Shown one piece after another: positions 17,198 through 26,961 of a stretch of 64,000 nt of DNA. The stretch is from Rhodothermales bacterium (GTDB lineage Bacteria > Bacteroidota > Rhodothermia > Rhodothermales > Bin80). The DNA lies in NCBI GenBank assembly GCA_028278205.1, contig JANQES010000094.1:17995-81994 (forward strand), read 5' to 3'. Below the pieces are notes generated by a model. The model was not told the DNA's origin, did no database searches, and worked only from the letters and a program-made list of their open reading frames with translations. The position numbers and the translations under genes were made by a program. The stretch's first letter is position 1, and every line of letters starts with the position of its first letter.

Positions 17198-18282
17198 ACC
17201 AGTTCCTCGTTAAGACTCAGTAGATTAAATCGTAGCTTGGCGCGTGAGGCAGAAGCTTCCTCTTCCGTGACGATACCCTGCCGCTCCTTACGCTTCTGGC
17301 GCGAGAGCCGGCCACTGAGACTGATCGCCTCGTCGAGGAATTCGTCCTCGCCGATGTCTTCGAAGTGATCGGTCAAGAAGGCCAGCGCATCTTCCAGGCG
17401 ATCCTGCTCCACCATTTGCTTGACCCGCTCGGAGGGTCCGGCTCCCGCTGCCGGGTCGGGCCGGAGCAGGCCGGCGGCGGCGCATTGCGTGTGCAGTTGG
17501 TCTATGAACGCCCGCACGCCTTCCTGGTCGCGGATGATGCGGATGTCGAACTCGCCATCGAGCACATTCATCACCGCCTGGTCTACCTCGGTCTGCTCCG
17601 GCACCCAGGTGTAGGCCACGTGGCTGTCGTTGATGCTCCGGATGAGCCGTAGCAAGAGTTGCACGTACCACTTCTCGAACTGAAAGCCCAGGAAGACAAA
17701 GTAGCGCGCCCGTTGCAACGCAGCCTTGAGACTGGAGCCAAGCTCGCGAGCCCCGAGGATCGATTTGATGTATTCGAAGAGGTCAGCGTGGGTGAGGATC
17801 AGCGATTCCTCGTCTTCGATGCAGCCGAAGAGGTCGTAGAGCAGCGGCCGGTCGGCGGTGGGGGCGTCCATCTCCGCCCCGCAGCGCTTCATATGATAGA
17901 ACCCATAGTTGAACAGATAGGGGATCTCCAGGCGGGGAAAGGTCTGCCTGGGATTGAGGTAGGGAGAGAAGGAAAGCAGCAAGTGCAGTTGTATCGAGGC
18001 CAGCTTACGCAAGAGATCCGGCACGAGGGGATGTTTTTTCAACTGGTCTTTGAGCGTGAAGTAGCTCTCGTTCTGGGCCGAGCGTTTGCCGAAGAGGAAG
18101 AGTTCGTCGTGCTTGTAGTAGGCCAGCAGGTTGCGCTCGTGCTCCTGCCGGATCGTTTCCATCAGGTACGGATGCAGCGGGCGACTCTCGCCGTCTACAT
18201 CGATCTCCAGCATGTTCGGCCCCAGGAGGACAACGCATTTGTCCTCTCGGATGGCTTGAAGAAGGTGGTCCCAGTTAATCAT
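17194..18282 (-). CDS. SIR2_2-like (divergent) domain protein with C-terminal helical adaptor-like module
   Basis: Motif order resembles the SIR2_2 family (VVLLGPNM, LLLSFSPY, LLYDLFGC, LILTHADLFEY, FVFLGFQFEKW), but the expected catalytic positions look substituted. Its TGA overlaps the NTPase ATG. Confidence 0.6.
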   Translation of the reverse strand: MINWDHLLQAIREDKCVVLLGPNMLEIDVDGESRPLHPYLMETIRQEHERNLLAYYKHDELFLFGKRSAQNESYFTLKDQLKKHPLVPDLLRKLASIQLHLLLSFSPYLNPRQTFPRLEIPYLFNYGFYHMKRCGAEMDAPTADRPLLYDLFGCIEDEESLILTHADLFEYIKSILGARELGSSLKAALQRARYFVFLGFQFEKWYVQLLLRLIRSINDSHVAYTWVPEQTEVDQAVMNVLDGEFDIRIIRDQEGVRAFIDQLHTQCAAAGLLRPDPAAGAGPSERVKQMVEQDRLEDALAFLTDHFEDIGEDEFLDEAISLSGRLSRQKRKERQGIVTEEEASASRAKLRFNLLSLNEELV

Positions 18283-18335
18283 CGTAGTTGGGTTTTATTG
18301 AGCGCGCCGGGGCACGGGTTTGAAAAGACAGGAGA

Positions 18336-21218
18336 TTACTGCTTCGGTTCGGGCGGCACGAGCATTTCTCCCCGGTCGTTGATGTAAAACATCAGGTTAT
18401 GCTCGGCCACGTAGACCCGGGCAACCCGCTCGTCGTTCTTGTCATGGAAGGGCGTCACGGCGTCGTAGCGGGCCTCGATGGGGTCATAACTATCGCGGTT
18501 TTTATCCCAGCGCATGAAGCCCCATTTGCCCTTTTGTTTAACCAGGAGCAAGTTGGAACTGGAATCGTTGGAACCGGAATCAGCGGAGATACCGTAACCG
18601 ATCTGCTCATAGTCACAGGGTAGGAAACGGAGGGTATCCGTCTTCGCCCCGTCGGAGCCGTTCGCCGCGAAGGCCACGAAGCCCTTGCGGTTGCCTTGCC
18701 AGGTGAGATACATGCGACTTCCGACGTACGCCAGACTGTCGTACTCCGGTGAAAGGACCACCTCCCCGGCAGCATTGATCAGGCCGACTTTGCCGTTTCT
18801 CTCTACCTGCGCGAGCCCCTCGAAAAAGGGCGCTACCCTATCAAAGAGATACATCGGGTCAACGACTTCGAGGCCGTGCTTGTCGATCACGCCCCATAGA
18901 CCGACAACGAGGCTGTCCTGGTCGTTCACTTCTATGCTGTCTCTCTTCACCCAGGCGAGCCCCTCGGAGAAATCCCTTATCTGATCATACTGCGGTTTGA
19001 CGATGTTAAACGGTTCGGCGACGATGTCGCCCTGATTGTTGATAAAACTCCATTGATCCTCTCCCTTCACCAAAGCGAACCCCTCGGAGAAATCCCTTAC
19101 CTCATCATAGCCATTCGTCGGGTCGACGACGAATTTGCCCTGCTGGTTGATTGCGCCCCATTGGCCGTCTCTCTTCACCCAGGCGAGCCCCTCGGAGAAA
19201 TCCCTTACGTCATCATACCCATTCGTCGGATCGACGACGAGGCTGTTCTTGTTGATAAAGCCGTATTTCTTTGTGCTGTCTTGGTACACCCAGGCGAGCC
19301 CCTCGGAAAAAGGCCCTACCCTATCAAAGCCGTACTGCGGATCGACGACGAATTTGCCCTGCTGGTTGATCACGCCCCATAGGCTGCCCTGGCGCACCCA
19401 GGAGAGCCCCTTGGCACGCCCTACCCTATCAAAGTCATACTTCGGGGCAACGACAATGCCGTCCTGGTTGATGTCGACGACGACGCTGCTGTCCTGGTTG
19501 ATAAAGTCGTATTCTGTGCTGTCTTGGCGCACCCAGGCGAGCACCTCGAAGAAGCGCCCTGCCCTATCAAACTCAAGTTCCAGATTGACGACGAGGCTGC
19601 CCCGCTGGTTGATCACACCCCATTGGCCGTCTCTCTTCACCCAGGCGAGACCCTCGGAGAACGCCCTTACCTCATCATACCCATTCGTCGGATCGACGAC
19701 GAGGCTGCCCTGCTGATTGATCACGCCCCATTGGCCGTCTCTCTCCACCCAGGCGAGCTCTTTGGAGAAGCGCTCTACCCTATCAAACGCATGATCCAGT
19801 TTGACGACTTCGACGCCCAGCGTGTCGATCACGCCCCATAGGCCGGCCCTCTGCACCCAGGCGAGACCCTCGGAAAAGGGTTCTACCTCATCAAACGCAT
19901 GATCCAGTTTGACGACTTCGACGCCCAGCGTGTCGATCACGCCCCATAGGCCGGCCCTCTGCACCCAGGCAAGCCCTGAGGAGAACTCTCTTACCTCATC
20001 AAACTCATGTTTCAGATTGACGACGAGGCTGCCCTGCTGGTTGATCACGCCCCATCGGCCGGCCCTCTGCACCCAGGCAAGCCCTGAGGAGAAGCGCCTT
20101 GCCCTATCAAAGTCATGCTTCGGGTCGACGACGAATTTGCCCTGCTGATTGATCACGCCCCATAGACCGACGTTGAGGCTGACCTGGTTGATCACTTTTT
20201 TGCTGTTTTTGCGCACCCAGGCAAGCCCCTCGGAAAAGGACCCTACGTAACTAATATGTTCCAGTTTGACGATGAGGCTGTCCTGCTGGTTGATCACGCC
20301 CCATTGGCCGTCTCTCTTCACCCAGGCAAGCCCCTCGGAGAACGCCCTTTCATGTTTCAGATTGACGACGGGGCTATCCTGCTGGGAGAAGTGCTCTTCT
20401 TTATCAAACAGCGGTTTGACGATGCGGACACTCTGCTGGCGGTACGGTTTGCGCGACACGAAATCAGGCCTATCCACTTCATTCTTTTTGCATCCCTTTG
20501 CGTCGAATGCGGAAACTACAGGCTCTTTGGCCTTGTCTGGAATCCCCCCATAGTAGTTGAATGTATCTGTAACATTGCTATCCGATAATACTGCGGAGTG
20601 CAGCCAATTGTAGCTTTCGCTTTTTTGCTGCTCTTCACAGTCACACGCGCGTCCTTGTGTACACACCAACCAGTACTTATCCTCACTTTGTGCAATGGCT
20701 ATGCCCTTCCAGAAGCCTTTGGGGTCTTCCCAAAGAAAATCTCCATAACGCTGCCCCGCTGTGTCTATCACCGCAAACTTTTTATTCTTAATACTATACG
20801 CCCACGAGAAATTTTCCTCGCTGCCTTCTTCAAAAAAATATTCTTTCATATCAGCGAGGAGCCTGGCGATTTCTTTCTTTTTTTTTCTGAGTTCTTCGGA
20901 AAGGTCAGCTTGATGCATCTCATATTTGATTCCACCGAAAAGATGATCATTCATCCTTTCAGCGACCGCCTTTGCGCTGTCCGGTCTATACCGCGCTGCC
21001 GCCTGATACTTGTGGATCGCTTGCTCGTATTTCCGTCTCTCCACTAAGTTATCGGCATCGGACATCAGGCGCTTGTAGGTCGTGCCTTCTTCGGTCGTCT
21101 CTGCGTACTGCGTGTCAGCCTGAGCAACGATATCCGATTGTGCCCGTGTGACCTGGGGGTAACTGCCGGCCAGGATTAACGCAGCGAGGAGCGCGATGGG
21201 GTAGCGGCGTGCGTTCAT
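18336..21218 (-). CDS. Secreted WG-repeat (KWG-type) protein, about 17-19 repeats
   Basis: Signal peptide MNARRYPIALLAALILAGSYPQVTRAQS. Repeated unit F(S/D)EGLAWV.RDGQWGVINQQG..VV with a period of about 36 aa. The N-terminal region of about 230 aa is AT-richer. Confidence 0.85.
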   Translation of the reverse strand: MNARRYPIALLAALILAGSYPQVTRAQSDIVAQADTQYAETTEEGTTYKRLMSDADNLVERRKYEQAIHKYQAAARYRPDSAKAVAERMNDHLFGGIKYEMHQADLSEELRKKKKEIARLLADMKEYFFEEGSEENFSWAYSIKNKKFAVIDTAGQRYGDFLWEDPKGFWKGIAIAQSEDKYWLVCTQGRACDCEEQQKSESYNWLHSAVLSDSNVTDTFNYYGGIPDKAKEPVVSAFDAKGCKKNEVDRPDFVSRKPYRQQSVRIVKPLFDKEEHFSQQDSPVVNLKHERAFSEGLAWVKRDGQWGVINQQDSLIVKLEHISYVGSFSEGLAWVRKNSKKVINQVSLNVGLWGVINQQGKFVVDPKHDFDRARRFSSGLAWVQRAGRWGVINQQGSLVVNLKHEFDEVREFSSGLAWVQRAGLWGVIDTLGVEVVKLDHAFDEVEPFSEGLAWVQRAGLWGVIDTLGVEVVKLDHAFDRVERFSKELAWVERDGQWGVINQQGSLVVDPTNGYDEVRAFSEGLAWVKRDGQWGVINQRGSLVVNLELEFDRAGRFFEVLAWVRQDSTEYDFINQDSSVVVDINQDGIVVAPKYDFDRVGRAKGLSWVRQGSLWGVINQQGKFVVDPQYGFDRVGPFSEGLAWVYQDSTKKYGFINKNSLVVDPTNGYDDVRDFSEGLAWVKRDGQWGAINQQGKFVVDPTNGYDEVRDFSEGFALVKGEDQWSFINNQGDIVAEPFNIVKPQYDQIRDFSEGLAWVKRDSIEVNDQDSLVVGLWGVIDKHGLEVVDPMYLFDRVAPFFEGLAQVERNGKVGLINAAGEVVLSPEYDSLAYVGSRMYLTWQGNRKGFVAFAANGSDGAKTDTLRFLPCDYEQIGYGISADSGSNDSSSNLLLVKQKGKWGFMRWDKNRDSYDPIEARYDAVTPFHDKNDERVARVYVAEHNLMFYINDRGEMLVPPEPKQ
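19784..19970. repeat. Recent tandem duplication inside the WG-repeat gene
   Basis: The 79 bp at 19784-19862 are identical to 19892-19970 (period 108 bp, or 36 codons). Confidence 0.9.
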
Positions 21219-21403
21219 GATCTCACCTGTCGTATTAATGCATTCAAGAAAAGACTACCGCATGGTTTGATTGAAAAGAGAGGAAGCCCGGTGTCTTGGC
21301 CCACACCCCCGACGCAAGCGAATACCTCGCGTCAGGGCTGCGGGCCGTACACACCTGTCAGAAACCCCAGGTCCTACTTAAGCCGGCGCCAGTGTTTCTG
21401 CCG

Positions 21404-21508
21404 TTACGAGGGGGGCGCAGCGCGTCCGCGGTCAGGGCCTGCGCGTCCGTGGTCGGGGCCTGCGCGTCCGTGGTCGGGGCCTGCGCGTCCGTGGTCGGGT
21501 CCAGCCAT
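21404..21508 (-). CDS. Possible small ORF, 34 aa, heptad-repeat peptide MAGPDHGRA(GPDHGRA)x2 GPDRGRAAPPS
   Basis: ATG at 21508 with GGAGGT 7 nt upstream. Coding is uncertain and this may be a gene remnant. The first codons and upstream bases resemble the caspase gene start at 10219. Confidence 0.3.
   Translation of the reverse strand: MAGPDHGRAGPDHGRAGPDHGRAGPDRGRAAPPS
21420..21502. repeat. 21-bp tandem repeat, about 4 copies
   Basis: The unit gcgcgtccg(c/t)ggtc(a/g)gggcct repeats at 21420, 21441, 21462 and 21483. Confidence 0.9.
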
Positions 21509-21670
21509 GATTGATACCTCCTTTTGGATTGTTTAAGGAAAGATCCCTTCGAGAAAGGGCGCTGAGATGAAAACAGATTGAGGCCACACACGGCCTGCCA
21601 CAGTCACCCTTTACCTATCCATGCCTAAAACAGTGCGGAATTTTTCATGCCCTCGCAAAAAAGTGGGCGA
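21509..21670 (-). promoter_or_regulatory. Promoter/5-prime-UTR module copy B (upstream of the small ORF and WG operon)
   Basis: Paralog of 13683-13841, with the same spacing to the downstream ATG. Confidence 0.55.
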
Positions 21671-21862
21671 AAGACTTTTAACTCTAACGGGTGTTCGGGA
21701 AAAGAAGAAGCCCTTAAATCATTAAAAATATTAATCGGGTAGGAGACGGGGATGACTTGAAAAGAGGATGGCTGCCCTGTCTTCCAAGATTTATATCCCG
21801 AACTCCTGTTAACGCTATCACGAAGGGCGTCAAAAGCCCCGCCGGTTGCCTGTTTTTTGGAG

Positions 21863-24721
<2,859 letters not shown>

Positions 24722-25082
24722 GGCAGGCAAGGGCTGCCGGTGTGCGTCGAGGTCAATGGGGACACGGCCTGAGCACTTCAGCGCATTGGGGGGGTGCGGC
24801 TCTACTGGTAAACAATAAAACGAGCAAACTCTTAGAAAACAAGATCAAATGAGAAAAAACCCAAAAAACGAGACCACCCGCTACAGCATACCTTGTTTTT
24901 CCTCAGCGGCAGGCCGGGGCGCAGCCTCCGGCGTGTCCATCGCGGCGAAGTGTTCGAGCCCGTTTCCAGCTCGAATGCTTCCTGGCCATCAACCTGATGG
25001 GACATGATGTGCGGGTGCGTATCAGGTGCATTTTCCTGGACAGATCTGGACTGAGCCCTCAAAATTCACTATTTCAACAACA

Positions 25083-25128
25083 AAACCCCCTCAAAAGGCC
25101 ACTAATGACCTTTTTAAGGGGGTTTTTG
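25083..25128 (-). terminator. Hairpin terminator downstream of tRNA-Pro
   Basis: aaaaccccct...agggggtttt outer stem with inner aaaagg/cctttt pairing. Followed by a T-rich run on the minus strand. Confidence 0.5.
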
Positions 25129-25143
25129 GCCTTGAAAGCCCTG

Positions 25144-25217
25144 TCGGGACGGCGAGATTCGAACTCGCGACCCCTTCAACCCCATTGAAGTGCGCTACCT
25201 GGCTGCGCTACGTCCCG
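25144..25217 (-). tRNA. tRNA-Pro (anticodon GGG)
   Basis: Manual cloverleaf: acceptor CGGGACG/CGTCCCG, D arm GCGC-AGCCAGGTA-GCGC, anticodon arm CTTCA-ATGGGGT-TGAAG, T arm GCGAG-TTCGAAT-CTCGC, discriminator A. 74 nt, CCA not encoded. Confidence 0.9.
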
Positions 25218-25243
25218 AACCCGGTGTTATACTTAAAAAGAAT

Positions 25244-25576
25244 CTAAGGGATTCGCTTTAAAAGGTTCTCTAAAAAACCGCGAAGCTCTAGAAGTTCCCT
25301 CCGCTGCTCGGTGAGCGGGATGCGTTGCCCGTCGCTGCGGTCCAGCACTTGTTTGGCGCCCTCAATGGTGTATTTATCCACCCGCAGCAGGTGCTGTATC
25401 CGCTCGACCACGGCGATGTCTTCGACCGTGTAAATGCGCCGGCCTGCCCGGTTTTTGCGGGGTTTGAGGTGTTCGAACTCGGTCTCCCAGTAGCGCAGCA
25501 CGTGCGCTTCCAGGCCCATCATCTCGCTGACCTCGCCGATTGAGTAATAGAGTTTTTTGATGCCTTCGGCAGCCAT
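25244..25576 (-). CDS. MerR-family transcriptional regulator
   Basis: N-terminal HTH YSIGEVSEMMGLEAHVLRYWETEF..RKNRAGRRIYT. Confidence 0.85.
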   Translation of the reverse strand: MAAEGIKKLYYSIGEVSEMMGLEAHVLRYWETEFEHLKPRKNRAGRRIYTVEDIAVVERIQHLLRVDKYTIEGAKQVLDRSDGQRIPLTEQRRELLELRGFLENLLKRIP

Positions 25577-25694
25577 CGAACCGGGGTGGGCTCATGCGAA
25601 TTGCTTCGGAATTGGGGGGAAACTACGAAAAGCTGAGTGAAACGTGAAATCGAAATGGAAAGGGGGACACGAGCCGAAGGCGACTGACGCCAGT

Positions 25695-25751
25695 AAAGGG
25701 AGAGAGGGGGAAAGGGGGATAAATGAATTTTTCTCCCTTTCCCCCTCTCTC
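25695..25751. repeat. Intergenic word-hairpin (GGGAGAGAGGGGG words)
   Basis: aaagggagagagggggaaaggggga pairs with tctccctttccccctctctc. Lies between the divergent MerR and EamA genes. Confidence 0.8.
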
Positions 25752-25833
25752 GCTCTCGCCCTCTCCCAATAGAAAGCCTACATACCTAAAAACGCTCTAT
25801 ATTGGCCCCTCATTCGCCCAGAGCCACCCGCCC

Positions 25834-26754
25834 ATGCCCCGCTCGTCCGACATCAAAAACGATCTCGCGCTGCTGTTCGTCATCCTGGTGTGGGGCTTTA
25901 ATTTTCCCATCATCAAGGCGGTGCTGGCGCTGATGCATCCGCACGCGATGAACGTCTTCCGGCTGTGGGCGGCGGCGCTGGCCCTCGGCGCGCTGCATTA
26001 CGTGTATCAGAAAAGAGCTGGCGAAGCGTTCTTTGCACCGCTGCGCACGCACGGATGGCGCCTCTTCGGCCTGGGGCTCATCGGGTATCTGTTCTACCAG
26101 TTCTGCTTCATCGTCGGCGTAGACAACACGACGGCGGGCAGCGCGGCACTGATCATGGCAAGCGCGCCGCTGTGGACAGCCGTCTTCGGGCACTTCCTCC
26201 GGTTCGACACGCTTCGCCCGCTGGCCTGGATCGGGCTGCTGATCACGTTCGCAGGCGCCGTCGTCATCGTCGTCGGCGGCACGAAAGCCATCGACTTCGG
26301 CGACACGACCTTCTTCGGCAACGTGGTGATGACGGTGGCCGCCGTCTTCTGGGGCGCCTACACCGTCCTCAGCAAACCCTTGACGCGCCAGCTCAGCCCC
26401 GTCGCCATCACCTTTCTGGGCCTGCTCTTCGCCCTGCCTTTCCTGACAATGCTTGCCATCCCCTACTTCGACTCTGTGGAATGGAACCGCCTCAACGGAT
26501 GGATCTGGGTGGCGATTATCTTTTCGGGCAGCCTCTCTACCGGGCTCACCGTCGTCATCTGGAACAACTCCGTCAAAAACGTCGGGCCGTCGCACACGGC
26601 GGTTTACGGCAACCTCGTGCCCTTCGTGGCGCTCTTCAGCGGCGCCTGGCTGCTCGCCGAGCCGATCCTGCTGGCCCAACTCGCCGGCGGCGTGCTGATC
26701 CTCGGCGGCCTCTTCGTGATGCGACGTACGCGGCAGAAGGTGCTGAGTGGGTAG
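25834..26754 (+). CDS. EamA/DMT-family transporter
   Basis: Ten hydrophobic helices and two EamA-like halves (FVILVWGFNFPIIK, AVFWGAYTVLSK). ATG at 25834. Confidence 0.85.
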   Translation: MPRSSDIKNDLALLFVILVWGFNFPIIKAVLALMHPHAMNVFRLWAAALALGALHYVYQKRAGEAFFAPLRTHGWRLFGLGLIGYLFYQFCFIVGVDNTTAGSAALIMASAPLWTAVFGHFLRFDTLRPLAWIGLLITFAGAVVIVVGGTKAIDFGDTTFFGNVVMTVAAVFWGAYTVLSKPLTRQLSPVAITFLGLLFALPFLTMLAIPYFDSVEWNRLNGWIWVAIIFSGSLSTGLTVVIWNNSVKNVGPSHTAVYGNLVPFVALFSGAWLLAEPILLAQLAGGVLILGGLFVMRRTRQKVLSG

Positions 26755-26801
26755 GACGTGAGTATTCCTGAGCGTCGATACGTTGATGAGGTGTCGGCGC
26801 A

Positions 26802-26898
26802 GGTCACTGGTCATTGGTCACTGGTCACTGGTGAGGTTTTTTCCAAGAACCAGTGACCAGTGACAGCGAGCGCCAGCGAGCGTAATGACCAGTGACCC
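26802..26898. repeat. Intergenic word-hairpin (CACTGGTCA words)
   Basis: ggtcactggtcattggtcactggtcactggtg faces aaccagtgaccagtgac and aatgaccagtgaccc. Same word family as 63507-63570. Confidence 0.8.
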
Positions 26899-26961
26899 AC
26901 GCCAAGTCCTCTACGAAGCGCAACGCCGAGAAACACCTACTCCGGCGCGATAGCCGAACCC

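Noticed and set aside
15902-17368. 488-aa plus-strand ORF antisense to the STAND NTPase gene. Similar large antisense ORFs lie at 22331-24772, 28576-30006, 34266-36665, 36914-38092, 46032-47096, 50992-52203, 52562-54238 and 54582-57041.
   Set aside because: All of them mirror strongly supported minus-strand genes and lack any recognisable domain signature. I treated them as GC-driven open frames.
21358-21591. 77-aa ORF reading the 21-bp tandem repeat as PTTDAQA repeats.
   Set aside because: It is an alternative frame of the same repeat with no Shine-Dalgarno, and it runs through the conserved promoter/UTR module. The frame with GGAGGT-N7-ATG (21508) is the only one with translation signals, and even that is low confidence.
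24731-25143. Searched the region next to tRNA-Pro (and 8650-9117 at the other end) for an integrase or its remnant.
   Set aside because: Only short ORFs without tyrosine-recombinase motifs (no R..HxxR..Y pattern) are present. The island is therefore reported without an integrase and its mobility is left as inference.
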